From Anaeromyxobacter sp. (lineage in GTDB: Bacteria > Myxococcota > Myxococcia > Myxococcales > Anaeromyxobacteraceae): a DNA stretch of 64,000 nt. The stretch lies in assembly GCA_035686075.1 (NCBI GenBank), contig DASRZU010000025.1, positions 10,759 to 74,758 of the forward strand, in the 5' to 3' direction. Below the pieces are notes generated by a model. It saw only the letters and a list, made by a program, of their open reading frames with translations, did no database searches and was not told where the DNA came from. Numbering within the stretch: position 1 is the stretch's first letter; each line of letters opens with the position of its first letter. Positions 28,430 to 39,193 of this stretch are shown here, in pieces. Position numbers and translations under genes: made by a program.

Positions 28430-29347
28430 ATGCTCGCCCGCTGCGCCCGTTGCCAGGGCACCTTCACCACCGACCACTACGGCCGCCAGCGTTGCCCGCA
28501 TTGCGGTTCGGATCTCGTCTTGGCGGACCCGAACGCTCCGCAGCCGACCGTCCCTGCCGAAGGAGCGGGATCCGCCCCGCCCGAGGGTGGGCCTCCCCTC
28601 GGGGCCCCTCCTCCGCCGAGCGGAGGCTGGGCGCCTCTACCGCCGCCACCGCCTGCGCCGGGCGAGGTTCCCTCGCCGTTCGCAGAGCGTGCCCGCCGAG
28701 GCTTCTTCTCCTCCTTCTTCGAGACCTGGAAGCTGGCGAGTGTCGAGCCCCAGGCCTTCTTCGCCCGCGTGCGCACCGACCAGCTCGCCTCGGCTGTCCT
28801 CTTCGGCGTGCTGGCGAGCTGGGTCGGATCCGCGGTCGCGGCACTGTTCGGGTGGCTGGGCGGAGCCGCCTGGATGGGTGCCGTGCGCCAGGCGATGCAA
28901 GGGATTCCGGGCGAACGGTCGCAGATCCTCGAGCGGCTGGCGGTGGCCATGGGCGGCGGAGCGACCCTCATCCGCGTCGTGCTCGCCCCCGTCTTCGCCG
29001 TCGTCTTCATCTTCGTCGGCGCGGGGATCCTTCACCTCTTCCTCCTCCTGTTCCGGGGAGGGGCCCGGGGCTTTCACGCAACACTGACGGTGATGGCGTA
29101 CTCCTCGGGTGTGTACCTCCTGTCCGCGGTCCCCGTCTGCGGCGGGGTGGTGGCGCCGATCTGGCAGGCGGTGATCCTGGTGATCGGGCTCGCCGCCGTC
29201 CACCGCTGCTCCATGGGCAAGTCCGCAGGCGCGGTACTGGTGCCCCTTCTTCTCTGCGTCTGCTGCGCGTGCCTCGCCGGGTTCGCGCTCGCGGGGGCGA
29301 TCGCGACCGCCCTGGGGCACCTGCAGGGCGGCGTGAGCAACCTCTAG
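28430..29347 (+). CDS. Zinc-ribbon plus YIP1-family membrane protein
   Basis: CARC...CPHC, Pro-rich linker, PQAFF, about 5 TMs, VMAYS, IGLAAVH. Confidence 0.8.
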   Translation: MLARCARCQGTFTTDHYGRQRCPHCGSDLVLADPNAPQPTVPAEGAGSAPPEGGPPLGAPPPPSGGWAPLPPPPPAPGEVPSPFAERARRGFFSSFFETWKLASVEPQAFFARVRTDQLASAVLFGVLASWVGSAVAALFGWLGGAAWMGAVRQAMQGIPGERSQILERLAVAMGGGATLIRVVLAPVFAVVFIFVGAGILHLFLLLFRGGARGFHATLTVMAYSSGVYLLSAVPVCGGVVAPIWQAVILVIGLAAVHRCSMGKSAGAVLVPLLLCVCCACLAGFALAGAIATALGHLQGGVSNL

Positions 29348-29357
29348 GAGAGGGGCC

Positions 29358-29795
29358 GTGATCGCGGACCGCGAACCTGCGCCCCCCTCGGTCGAACGGT
29401 TCCGCCCGCCCCGGACACGACTCGGAGTGCCGGAGGTATATGCCGCCGTCGCGCTCCTGTCCTTCCTCGTGGCGCGGTTCGTTCCGGTGCTCGATCTCGA
29501 TTATCCGTGCGTGTTCCTGACCCTCACCGGGCACCCATGCGCCACCTGCGGGATGACCCACGCCTTCGTGCGCCTGGCGCACGGCCAGGTGGCCGAGGCC
29601 TTCCGGTGGAACCCCCTGGGCGCCCTCTTCGCCGCCGCGGCCTGGGCCTTCGCGGCGCTGGATCTCGTGCGCGTCGTCGCCGGACTCTCGTTCCCGGTCG
29701 TGCCCCGCGAGAAGCTGGGGCTCTGGCTTCGGGTGGGGGTAGCGGCGTTCTTCGCCAACTGGGCGTACCTGTGGCTGCACGGCCTGGGCCCCTGA
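29358..29795 (+). CDS. DUF2752 membrane protein
   Basis: CVFLTLTGHPCATCGMTHA...AFRWNPL signature. Confidence 0.88.
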   Translation: MIADREPAPPSVERFRPPRTRLGVPEVYAAVALLSFLVARFVPVLDLDYPCVFLTLTGHPCATCGMTHAFVRLAHGQVAEAFRWNPLGALFAAAAWAFAALDLVRVVAGLSFPVVPREKLGLWLRVGVAAFFANWAYLWLHGLGP

Positions 29796-29813
29796 GTGCG
29801 CCGGGAGGCCGTC

Positions 29814-30419
29814 TTGAACGAGAACGCCCTCGGGGTTCTGCTCGTGGCCTTGGGCTACCTCTCCGGGTCGGTGCCCTACGGCTACCTCATAACGCGGCTC
29901 GCGACCGGCGCGGACCTCCGGCAGGTGGGGTCGGGCAACATCGGCGCCACCAACGCGGCCCGTGCCGGGGGGAAGAGGTTGGGCGTCTTGGTCCTCTCCT
30001 TGGACATGCTCAAGGCGGTCGTCCCCGTCCTCGCCGCCCGGTCGCTGCTCGACGGCAGCGCGACGGCCGAGAACTGGGCGACCGCAGTGGCCCTGGCCGC
30101 ATTCGTTGGTCACCTGGCTCCGGTCTGGCTCGGGTTCCGGGGCGGCAAGGGCGTGGCCACCGGGCTGGGGGTGTTCCTGGTCCTCGCCCCATGGGCGGCC
30201 CTGGCCGGGGCGGTGGCCTTCGCGCTCGTCTACGGCGCCACCCGCATCTCCTCCCTCGGCTCGCTCGGGGGGACGGCCGTCTGCTGTGCCGGCGCGTTCG
30301 TGGCCTGCGGGACCCGAAGCCCGGTCCCGTGGGCGGGGCTCGCCATGGCCCTCCTCGTCGTCTTCCGCCACCGGGCGAACATCGCGAGGCTCCTCAAGGG
30401 CGAAGAGGGGAAGCTGTAA
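29814..30419 (+). CDS. plsY: Glycerol-3-phosphate acyltransferase
   Basis: GSVPYG, GSGNIGATN, DMLK, GH, FRGGKGVAT, HRANI; TTG start after GGGAGG. Confidence 0.95.
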   Translation: MNENALGVLLVALGYLSGSVPYGYLITRLATGADLRQVGSGNIGATNAARAGGKRLGVLVLSLDMLKAVVPVLAARSLLDGSATAENWATAVALAAFVGHLAPVWLGFRGGKGVATGLGVFLVLAPWAALAGAVAFALVYGATRISSLGSLGGTAVCCAGAFVACGTRSPVPWAGLAMALLVVFRHRANIARLLKGEEGKL

Positions 30420-30962
30420 TCGTCCCGAGGGCGGGCGAAGTCCCGAGGTCGGCTCGAGGGACGATCTGCAGCTCGCCACGCCGGGTTCTTCCTGCGACTG
30501 ACCGCGGCGGGCGGTGCGATCGGTGATCCCGGGCCGGTCGCCAGAGCACCTGGCGAGGAGGTGCCCTTCTCGATCTTGGCGATGGCTCTCAGCCGACTCT
30601 GGTGCCCCTCCCCGCGCGCTGGCGTTACGCTCCCACGCGGTCTGCCCGGGCACCGAGGAGGAGGCGGCACCAAAACGACGGCGGGGCCGCTCCCTCTTCA
30701 TTTGCTCTGCGGGAGCATCGGGCCGGCGGGAGGAGACGCGGGCTCGGTGAGCCCTGCCGCTGTGCCGCACCCAAAGCGGCTCGCGTCGCGCAGCCGGGGG
30801 GTCCTAGGTGAGTTCCCCGAATTCCCCCCGAGAGAGCATGCCCGTCATCGAGGTGCCGGTCAGGGCCCGGAGCGCACGGGAGGCGACTTGGATTCCGCCG
30901 TCTCCGGGCCGGGGCGTATGCTTTCCCGGATCGGTGTGGCGTCGCGAGGTTCGAGAGGCGAC

Positions 30963-31832
30963 ATGTTCGTGCTCGCCCGGAAGTACGGTCGGCTGGGAAA
31001 CCGGCTCCGCCGCGCCGCCCACCTCGTCGCCGCCGCCATCGATCACGGGCACACCTTAGTCGACCTGTCCTTTTCCGAGTACGCCGCCGACTTCGAGGCC
31101 ACCCGACGCGACCTCTTCTGTCGCTACCCCCCCGCCCGCCGCGCCCTCCCCGCCCCGCGGTGGATCCGCGCCCTCCTGGACCGGCTCGCCACGCTGGCCC
31201 TGCGCATCGCGAGGCTCGTCTCCCCCCCCGGCGCCCTCCTGCGCGCGGTGGTGTGGCGCGACGTGGAGGTCGAGTACCGGCTCGACGCGCCCGCCTTTCG
31301 GGACCTCGCTCGCCGGTCGCGGATCCTGCTCTTCGAGGGGTGGACGTTCCGGACGAGCGCGGTCGAACGCCACGCAGCTGCCATCCGGGCCCACTTCACC
31401 CCGGCGCGGGCCCTCGCCGAGCGGGCCGAGGCGATCGCCTCGGGCCTACGTTCGAAGACCGAAATCCTGGTGGGTGTCCACCTGCGCCGGGGCGATTACG
31501 ACACCTGGCTCGGGGGGCGGTACCACTACCCGCCGTCCGCTTACGCCGACCTGATGCGCCGGGTCCTCACCCTCTTCCCCGGGCGGCGTGTCCTCTTCCT
31601 CGTCTGCTCCAATGAGCCGGTCCCGAAGGACTCGTTCGACGGGCTGCCCTACGCCCTCGGGACCGATCACCCAGTGGTGGACCTGTATACGCTGGCGCGC
31701 TGCGACTACCTCCTGGGCCCGCCTAGCAGTTTCACCCTATGGGCGTCCTTCGCCGGCGACGTGCCGCTCTGGTTCGTCGATCGCCCGGAAGCGGAGCCGT
31801 CCCTCGAGGTCTTCGTGCGACGCACGCCATGA
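30963..31832 (+). CDS. Glycosyltransferase family 11 (alpha-1,2-fucosyltransferase-like)
   Basis: GRLGNR, VHLRRGDY, DLYTLARCD, SSFTLWA motifs. Confidence 0.82.
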   Translation: MFVLARKYGRLGNRLRRAAHLVAAAIDHGHTLVDLSFSEYAADFEATRRDLFCRYPPARRALPAPRWIRALLDRLATLALRIARLVSPPGALLRAVVWRDVEVEYRLDAPAFRDLARRSRILLFEGWTFRTSAVERHAAAIRAHFTPARALAERAEAIASGLRSKTEILVGVHLRRGDYDTWLGGRYHYPPSAYADLMRRVLTLFPGRRVLFLVCSNEPVPKDSFDGLPYALGTDHPVVDLYTLARCDYLLGPPSSFTLWASFAGDVPLWFVDRPEAEPSLEVFVRRTP

Positions 31833-32061
31833 GGTGCGCCGCACCCTGCCGCTCGCAAACTCGAGGCGGGATGATCTTCGTGGTCGTCTTTCCCTGGCCT
31901 CGTCCCCGCTCCGGCCGGTCCCGGTTTCCTTTGCCCGCGCCCGCCGGAGGACCTGCACCGCGATCCTGGGCCTTGGGGTGCAGGGAGCGTTCACGATCGC
32001 GGTGGGGCTCGGAAGGTGCGGATCCACGGTCGGGAAGGTCCAGCGGGGAGCACGCATCCCG

Positions 32062-34791
32062 TCACGCGTTCGGTGCGGGCGAGACCTCCCCGACCGGGTG
32101 GATCAGCACCTGCCGGGGCTTCACCCCGTTGGCCGGGCCCACGATCCCCTCGCGCTCCATGCGCTCGATGATCTTGGCGGCCTTGTTGTAGCCGAGCCGC
32201 ATCTCGCGCTGGAGCTTCGACACCGAGACTTCCTCCATGCGCGACACGAGCTCAACCGCCTGGTCGTAGGCCGGGTCGTCCTCGTCCTCTCCGGGGCTAC
32301 GCTCGCCGGCGCCCTCCCGCGCCCGGAGGATCGACTCGTCGTACACCGGCCGGCCCTGCTCCTTGAGAAAGCCGACCACTCGGTGCACCTCATCCTCGGA
32401 CACGAAGGCGCCCTGGACGCGGGTGATGGGCTGGGTGGCGGTGAGAATGAGCATGTCGCCGTCGCCGAGGAGGGTCTCGGCGCCGGGGCCGTTGATGATG
32501 GTTTGCGAGTCGTGGCGCGAGGCCAGGCGAAAAGTGAGGCGGGCGGGGAAGTTGTTCTTGATCATCCCCGTGACCACGTCGGTGGAGGGGCGCTGGGTGG
32601 CGACGATGAGGTGGATGCCCGTGGCTCGCGCCTTCTGGGCCAGGCGGGCGAGCGAGATCTCCACCTCGCGAGGCGCGGTCATCATGAGGTCGGCGAGCTC
32701 GTCGATGACCACCACGATGTAGGGGAGCTTCTGGGGCAGCCGCCGCTCGTCCGAGACCCCGGGATCGTCCGGGGGCGCGGAAGTGGGGTCCTCGAACTCC
32801 GGGGTGGCGCGTGCTGGCCCCGGCGCGGGCCGCCCCTCCGACCCCGTGCCGTCTTCCTCCGGCCCGGCCGCCTCGTCGCCCCGGGCCGGAAGCTCCTCCT
32901 CGGACTCGCCCGCGGTCACGTCGATCACCAAAAGCTTCTTGTGCGGCAACAGCTCCCGGTCCTCGAAGGTGAGCCCCTCGGCGCGCAGCTTCTCGACCTT
33001 GCCGTTGTACGACTTCAGGTCCTTTGACCCCGTGTCGGCGAGGATCTGCGTCCGCCGCTCCATCTCGTCCACCGCCCACTGGAGAGCACGAGCGGCCTTC
33101 TGGGGATCGGTCACCACCGGCAGGAGCAGGTGAGGGATGTCCTCATAGGCCGAGAGCTCGGTCATCTTCGGGTCAACCAGGATCACCCGCACCTCCGCCG
33201 GCGTCTGACGGAAGAGCATGGAGAGGATCATGGTGTTCAGGCCCACCGACTTCCCCGAGCCGGTGGTGCCAGCCACGAGCAGGTGCGGCATCCGCTGCAG
33301 GTCGACGCAGTAGGGGATGCCCTCGATGTTCTTGCCGAGCCCGAGGGGGAGGTAGCCACCCGCGGTGGCGAACGCCTCCGACTCGAGGATGTCGCGCAGC
33401 CAGACCGTGGCCCGGTCCCGGTTCGGCACCTCGATCCCCACGACGCCCTTGCCCGGGATGGGCGCGATGATCCGGATCCGGGTGGCGCTGAGCGCCATGG
33501 TGAGTTCCTTGTCGAGGTTCTCGATCCGGGCGAGCTTTACGCCCGCCACCGGCGAGAACTCATAGAGGGTCACCACCGGCCCTGGCCGGATGTGCCGGAT
33601 CACCCCCTCGACCCCGTGCTGGCGGAGCGTGGCCACGATGACGTCGGCGGTGTGGGTGAGCCCCTTCTCGTCGACGTCCCGCGCTTTCTCGTCGTGGGCG
33701 TCGAGCAGGTGCGCGGGAGGCAGCCGGAATACCGATCCCGACTTCTGGAAGGCGAAGCTCGGCGCCTCCCTCCTCCGCTCCTTCCTCCGGGCGCGGTCGA
33801 GGAGCGCTTGGGAAACGACGATTTCCGGCCGGGCGATGGGCTGCGGCGGCTCGGTCGGGGCGCCCTCCGCCCCCTCGTCCCCGGCCGTCTCCCTCTCCCT
33901 TCGCCTGCGGTGGGAAGCCTCCTCCGAGTCGTCGCCCCCCTCCTCGCCCGGTCCTTCCACCCAGGCCGGATCCTCGAAGCTCTGCCGGCGCACGTGCTCG
34001 AGCGCCATGGCACCAGCCGCGGCCCGTGCCTCGTCCCGGGAGGCGTCGTCACCGGCCTCGATCTCGGCGCTCTCGGCCAGCTCCTCCGCCTCGGCCCGGG
34101 CGCGCTCCTCCTCCTGGGCCCGCAGCTCGGCCATGGCGGCGCGGTGCTCATCCACGGCCGCCCAAAGTCGCCGCGAGCCGAAGGCCAAAAGGCCTCGGGC
34201 CGCAGCCCAGATCCCGGTCGCCAAGGACCAAGGCTTCACGCCCGTGGCGACGATGAACGCGATGATCGCCACCGCCGACAGGGCGATGGCGCTTCCCCAG
34301 ATCGAGAGAGGCCGCAAGGTCAGGCGGGCGAGCCCGACGCCCGCAACCCCGCCGGCCGGGAACGGCAGCGTCACGAGGCCAGTGAGGGCAAGGTGCGCGA
34401 GCGCGGCCACGGAAAGAATGAGGACGCCATAAGCGCCTGCCCCCAAGGCGGTGAGGCGCGAGGGGGCGCCGCGGAGCAGGCGCCATCCCAGGGCGCCGAG
34501 GCCGACCGAAAGGACAGGGGCCGCGACTCCGAGGGTGTGGAAGAAGAAGGACGCGACGCGGTGGCCGACCGGACCGACGAGGTTCACGGGAGAGAGCCCG
34601 CGGGCGATGAGGCCGGCGTCGACGGGCGAGTAGGTGGCAAACGCAAGTGCCGCCCCGAGGGCGATGGCGAGAACCAAGACCGCCAAGGCCTCGCGCGCGA
34701 GCCCGCTCCGGGCGGGTTTTCCGGGATTGTCGCGCCCCTTTCTGGGGCGGTCTCTTTCCGGAAGGCGGCGGTTGGGCTTTGGCTTGGCCAT
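32062..34791 (-). CDS. ftsK: DNA translocase FtsK
   Basis: N-terminal TMs, GPVVTLYE, PHLLVAGTTGSGKS, IDELADLM, ATQRPS, gamma domain LQREMRLGYNKAA. Confidence 0.96.
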   Translation of the reverse strand: MAKPKPNRRLPERDRPRKGRDNPGKPARSGLAREALAVLVLAIALGAALAFATYSPVDAGLIARGLSPVNLVGPVGHRVASFFFHTLGVAAPVLSVGLGALGWRLLRGAPSRLTALGAGAYGVLILSVAALAHLALTGLVTLPFPAGGVAGVGLARLTLRPLSIWGSAIALSAVAIIAFIVATGVKPWSLATGIWAAARGLLAFGSRRLWAAVDEHRAAMAELRAQEEERARAEAEELAESAEIEAGDDASRDEARAAAGAMALEHVRRQSFEDPAWVEGPGEEGGDDSEEASHRRRRERETAGDEGAEGAPTEPPQPIARPEIVVSQALLDRARRKERRREAPSFAFQKSGSVFRLPPAHLLDAHDEKARDVDEKGLTHTADVIVATLRQHGVEGVIRHIRPGPVVTLYEFSPVAGVKLARIENLDKELTMALSATRIRIIAPIPGKGVVGIEVPNRDRATVWLRDILESEAFATAGGYLPLGLGKNIEGIPYCVDLQRMPHLLVAGTTGSGKSVGLNTMILSMLFRQTPAEVRVILVDPKMTELSAYEDIPHLLLPVVTDPQKAARALQWAVDEMERRTQILADTGSKDLKSYNGKVEKLRAEGLTFEDRELLPHKKLLVIDVTAGESEEELPARGDEAAGPEEDGTGSEGRPAPGPARATPEFEDPTSAPPDDPGVSDERRLPQKLPYIVVVIDELADLMMTAPREVEISLARLAQKARATGIHLIVATQRPSTDVVTGMIKNNFPARLTFRLASRHDSQTIINGPGAETLLGDGDMLILTATQPITRVQGAFVSEDEVHRVVGFLKEQGRPVYDESILRAREGAGERSPGEDEDDPAYDQAVELVSRMEEVSVSKLQREMRLGYNKAAKIIERMEREGIVGPANGVKPRQVLIHPVGEVSPAPNA

Positions 34792-34855
34792 GGCGGAATA
34801 GGCCCCCTCGAGAAATGGAACAGGTCGCCCGCGCGAGCGAGGGCCCAGCCTCAGG

Positions 34856-34883
34856 AGAATATCGGGGGGTACCGAGTGGTCAA
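34856..34883 (-). promoter_or_regulatory. Sigma70-type promoter of ftsK
   Basis: Minus strand TTGACC, 16 bp, TATTCT. Confidence 0.5.
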
Positions 34884-35046
34884 TTTTCCGGCTCCGGGCT
34901 CGAACATAACAACCGGTTGAATCTCCATCGGATTCCGTTATGGGAATCACCGGAGTCGGGGCCTATCGCGAGCCTGTAGGACAGAGTACCCTGACCCCGG
35001 GGGCGACGGTGGAACTGCCCTTCAAACCCTCGCATCAGGAGGGGCC

Positions 35047-35364
35047 ATGATCAGGTCACCGCTCGAGAACGACTACTTCATCCGGGAAGACGCCGAGAGG
35101 AAGCGCGCCCTAGCCCAGGCGGTTCGACGGGAACTCGAGCAAGCCGAGCGGGAGCGGCTCAAGCTGCTGCACTGGATGCGGTGCCCAAAGTGCGGCATGG
35201 AGATGCACGAGGTGAAGCTCCGGGGAATGGATGTGGACGTGTGCTTCTCGTGTAACGGGATCTTCCTCGACCAGGGAGAGCTCGCCCACCTCCAGAAGCC
35301 CGAGTCGCACGGCGTCATGAACGCCATCCTCAACTGGTTCAACGCAGAGACGAAGCACGCCTAA
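35047..35364 (+). CDS. zf-TFIIB zinc-ribbon protein
   Basis: [14 protein letters not shown]...[16 protein letters not shown]; AGGAGG SD. Confidence 0.9.
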   Translation: MIRSPLENDYFIREDAERKRALAQAVRRELEQAERERLKLLHWMRCPKCGMEMHEVKLRGMDVDVCFSCNGIFLDQGELAHLQKPESHGVMNAILNWFNAETKHA

Positions 35365-35525
35365 AGGGCGCGCCCGTGCTCCTCGGCTGCCGCGCCGGGA
35401 GCCGTCCGGCCGCGGCTCATCCCCCACCGTCTTTCGAGGGCCGGTTCGGCCCTGCCCCCGAGGCGGGACCAGCCGGGCCGTGCTATCTCTAGGACACCTG
35501 CTGAACACAGGGTCGGAGGATCGAG

Positions 35526-35819
35526 GTGTCGATCTCGCTGGAGGAGGTCCGGCGCATCGCGTCGCTGGCGCGGCTCAAGCTCTCTCCCGAGGAGGAGCAG
35601 CGATTCGCGGGCCAGCTCTCGGCCATCCTCGCTCACGTGGCGGTGCTCGAGGAACTCGACGTGAGCGGGGTCGAGCCGATGACCCACGCCCTGGCCGCAG
35701 GAGAGGTGGCGGCCCTGCGGGCCGACCGGGTCCTGCCCGGGCTCGGGGCCGAAACAGCGGTGGCGCCGGCTCCGGATCGAGCCGGCACGCACTTCAAGGT
35801 GCCGAGGATCATCGAGTGA
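35526..35819 (+). CDS. gatC: Asp/Glu-tRNA amidotransferase subunit C
   Basis: [28 protein letters not shown]. Confidence 0.95.
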   Translation: MSISLEEVRRIASLARLKLSPEEEQRFAGQLSAILAHVAVLEELDVSGVEPMTHALAAGEVAALRADRVLPGLGAETAVAPAPDRAGTHFKVPRIIE

Positions 35820-37285
35820 CCCCGACCGAGCTCACCGCCCTCACGGTGCGCGAGGCCGGGGAAGTCCTGGCCCGGCGCCTGACCTCCGCGGCGGAGCTGA
35901 CCGAGGCGGCGCTCACGCGCATCGAGCGAGTGGACGGAAGGCTCGGCGCTTTCCTCAAGGTCACCGCTGAAGAGGCCCGGGCCCAAGCCCGCGCGGCCGA
36001 CGAGCGGACCGCCCGGGGCGAGCGGCTCTCGCCACTCGACGGAGTCCCGTTGGCGGTAAAGGACCTCTTCTTGACGAAGGGGGTTGAGACCACTGCCGGG
36101 TCGCGGATCCTGGAGGGATATCGGCCGCCCTACGACGCGACCGTCGTCGAACGGCTCAAGGCCGCGGGTGCGGTGCTCCTCGGAAAGCTCAACCTGGACG
36201 AGTTCGCGATGGGCTCGTCCAGCGAGAACAGCGGGTACCGCCCCTGCCGAAATCCCTGGGACCTCACGCGCACCCCGGGTGGCTCCTCCGGGGGGAGCGC
36301 AGTGGCCGCGGCGGCCCGCTTGGCGCACGGCACGCTGGGGACGGACACGGGCGGGTCCATCCGTGAGCCGGCCTCTTTCTGTGGCGTTGTCGGGGTGAAG
36401 CCCAGCTACGGGCGGGTGTCTCGGTATGGCGTGGTGGCGTTCGCCTCCTCGCTCGACCAGGTCGGTCCCCTGGCGCGTACCGTGGGGGATGCCGCTCTTC
36501 TCCTCCGGACGGTGGCCGGGCATGACCCGCGCGACATGACCTCCTCCGCCCGGCCAGTCGACGATTACCTGGCCAACCTGGAAAGCGGCGCCAAGGGCCT
36601 CCGAGTGGGCGTGCCGCGCGAGTGGCTCGCCGCTGGGCTCGAGCCAGGCACGGAAGAGGCGGTGCGAGCGGCACTCGACGTCTACCGGAGGCTGGGGGCG
36701 ACCCTCGTCGACATCTCGCTCCCGCATTCCCGGTATGGCATCGCCGCCTACTACATCATCGCGCCGGCCGAGGCCTCCTCGAACCTCGCCCGCTACGACG
36801 GCGTCCGGTTCGGGATTCGGGCGCCGGGGAGGGGGCTCCGGGAGATGTACGCCGACACGCGCCAGCATGGCTTCGGGGCGGAGGTGAAGCGCCGGATCAT
36901 GCTCGGCACCTACGCGCTCTCGTCGGGCTATTACGACGCGTACTACCTGAGGGCCCAGAAGGTGAGGACGCTCGTGCGCCATGACCTCGACCTGGCGTTC
37001 GGGCGCTGCGACCTCGTGGCCGGTCCGGTGGCTCCGGGGGTCGCCTTCCCCTTGGGCGAGCGGGTGGAGGACCCGCTCCGGATGTACCTCGCCGACGTCT
37101 TCACCATCACCGCCAACCTGGCCGCGCTCCCCGCCCTCTCGGTGCCCTGTGGAAAGGACGCCGCCACCGGCCTTCCCGTCGGGCTGCAGCTCGTCGGCCG
37201 GCCCTTCGACGAGGCCAACCTCCTCCGCGCCGCGCGCGCCCTGGAGCGCGAGGTGGGCGTCTTCCCGGCGCCGGAGGTCCCCTGA
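35816..37285 (+). CDS. gatA: Asp/Glu-tRNA amidotransferase subunit A
   Basis: [40 protein letters not shown]. Confidence 0.97.
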   Translation: MTPTELTALTVREAGEVLARRLTSAAELTEAALTRIERVDGRLGAFLKVTAEEARAQARAADERTARGERLSPLDGVPLAVKDLFLTKGVETTAGSRILEGYRPPYDATVVERLKAAGAVLLGKLNLDEFAMGSSSENSGYRPCRNPWDLTRTPGGSSGGSAVAAAARLAHGTLGTDTGGSIREPASFCGVVGVKPSYGRVSRYGVVAFASSLDQVGPLARTVGDAALLLRTVAGHDPRDMTSSARPVDDYLANLESGAKGLRVGVPREWLAAGLEPGTEEAVRAALDVYRRLGATLVDISLPHSRYGIAAYYIIAPAEASSNLARYDGVRFGIRAPGRGLREMYADTRQHGFGAEVKRRIMLGTYALSSGYYDAYYLRAQKVRTLVRHDLDLAFGRCDLVAGPVAPGVAFPLGERVEDPLRMYLADVFTITANLAALPALSVPCGKDAATGLPVGLQLVGRPFDEANLLRAARALEREVGVFPAPEVP

Positions 37286-37286
37286 C

Positions 37287-38747
37287 GTGCCGCTCTCCGA
37301 CTTTGAGGTCGTGGTGGGCCTCGAGGTGCACGCGCAGCTCCTCACCCGGAGCAAGATCTTCTGCCCCTGCTCGACCGCCTTCGGGGGAGAGCCCAACGCC
37401 CATACCTGTCCCGTGTGCCTGGGGCTCCCCGGCGCCTTGCCGGTCCTGAACGAGCGGGTGGTGGAGATGGCGGTGACGGTGGGGCTGTCCCTGGGCTGCC
37501 GGATTCGCGAGAAGAGCGTCTTCGCCCGGAAGAACTACTTCTACCCGGACCTTCCCAAGGGCTACCAAATCTCGCAGTACGAGCAGCCCATCTGCGAAGG
37601 GGGCGCAGTGGCGTTCGCGGTGGACGGCGTCGAGAAGGTGGCCCGGCTGGTCCGGATCCACATCGAGGAGGACGCGGGCAAGAACGTCCACGGCGTCTCA
37701 CCGGACGGGGCCTCGGGCGTGGATCTCAACCGGGCGGGCGTGCCCCTCCTCGAGATCGTGTCCGAGCCCGATCTGCGCTCGGCCACCGAGGCCGTGGAGT
37801 TCGTCCGGGCGCTCCGCGCGGTGCTCGTGGCGCTCGGGGTGAGCGACGGCAACATGCAGGAGGGGTCGCTCCGCTGCGACGCCAACGTCTCGGTGATGCG
37901 CAGGGGGGCGAGCCGCTATGGCACTCGCTGCGAGATCAAGAACATGAACTCCTTCCGCTTCCTCGAGGAGGCCATCGACTACGAGGCGCGACGGCAGGTC
38001 GAGATCGTGGAGGCCGGGGGTCAGGTGGAGCAGGAGACTCGCCTGTTCGATCCCGATCGCGGCGAGACGCGCTCCATGCGCTCCAAGGAGGAGGCCCACG
38101 ACTACCGTTACTTCCCGGAGCCGGACCTGCCGCCGGTGATCGTCCCCCTCACGCTCATCGAGCGGCTCAGGGCCTCGCTCCCCGAGCTCCCCAGGGCCCG
38201 ATACCGCCGCTACCAGGAGGCGCTGGGACTCTCGGCCTACGACGCGAGCGTGCTCGTCTCCGACGCCCGAGTGGCCTCGTGGTTCGACCGCGCCCTCTCC
38301 GCGTATCGCCCCGGCCCGGAGGCGGCGAAGCGGGTCGCGAACTGGCTGAACGGCGAGGTGGCCCGGCTTGCCAACGAGACCGGCCTGGGCCCGAACGAGT
38401 GGAGGCTCACCCCCGAAAAGCTCGGCTCGGTTCTGCGCCTCCTCGATGAAGGCACCCTCGGGGGGCCAGGGGCGAAGCAGGTGGTCGAGGAGGTCTTCCG
38501 TACCGGGGGGGACCCCGCCCAGGTGGTCGTGGCCCGGGGACTCGCTCAAGTTTCGGACGAGGGGGCCATCGAGGCAGCGGTGGACCGGGTCCTGACCGCT
38601 AGCCCGGCCGAGGTCGAACGGCACCGGAGCGGGAAGAAGGACCTGACCGGTTTCTTCGTGGGCCGGGTGATGAGGGAGCTCGGGGGAAAGGGGAACCCCG
38701 CGGTCGTGAATGCGTTGCTCCGCACGAAGCTCGGCGGAGGGAGCTAG
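37287..38747 (+). CDS. gatB: Asp/Glu-tRNA amidotransferase subunit B
   Basis: [42 protein letters not shown]. Confidence 0.97.
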   Translation: MPLSDFEVVVGLEVHAQLLTRSKIFCPCSTAFGGEPNAHTCPVCLGLPGALPVLNERVVEMAVTVGLSLGCRIREKSVFARKNYFYPDLPKGYQISQYEQPICEGGAVAFAVDGVEKVARLVRIHIEEDAGKNVHGVSPDGASGVDLNRAGVPLLEIVSEPDLRSATEAVEFVRALRAVLVALGVSDGNMQEGSLRCDANVSVMRRGASRYGTRCEIKNMNSFRFLEEAIDYEARRQVEIVEAGGQVEQETRLFDPDRGETRSMRSKEEAHDYRYFPEPDLPPVIVPLTLIERLRASLPELPRARYRRYQEALGLSAYDASVLVSDARVASWFDRALSAYRPGPEAAKRVANWLNGEVARLANETGLGPNEWRLTPEKLGSVLRLLDEGTLGGPGAKQVVEEVFRTGGDPAQVVVARGLAQVSDEGAIEAAVDRVLTASPAEVERHRSGKKDLTGFFVGRVMRELGGKGNPAVVNALLRTKLGGGS

Positions 38748-38749
38748 AG

Positions 38750-38980
38750 ATGGCCTGGGCTGGCTGGGGTGCGGGGCCGGCCGGGGCCGGCGCGGCCGGT
38801 GGGCCGAGTCGCGGGTTCTTGGGAGCAGCGCTCACCGGTTGCGCCATCGTGGCCGGCATTCTCGTAGCCCGTCGAAACTGGCCGGGCGCGTCCGTGGCCG
38901 CGCTCGCCGCTTGCTACTTCGTGGCCCGGCTGTTCCTGGGCCTGGGCCAGAGACGACGGGGAGACCGGCACGAGAGATAG
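38750..38980 (+). CDS. Small putative 2-TM protein
   Basis: Begins 2 bp after the gatB stop, GGGAG upstream, two hydrophobic segments. Confidence 0.5.
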   Translation: MAWAGWGAGPAGAGAAGGPSRGFLGAALTGCAIVAGILVARRNWPGASVAALAACYFVARLFLGLGQRRRGDRHER

Positions 38981-39193
38981 CCCTCCCGGTGCGTGGCCGC
39001 CGTTCGAGTGCCCCCTTGCCCGCCAAAGACGACCTGCCGGCCGACCGGGTAGGTAATCCGTCTCTCGCAAGTGGGTGGTCGCCTCCACCCTGGGACTCGT
39101 TCCTACACCGTGAGAGGACTCCCTCCCCGGGCCGTTCGCGGTCGCGGCGCCCGGGTTTTTGGCTGGCCCCCTCTCGCGTAAGATCGCGCCCTC

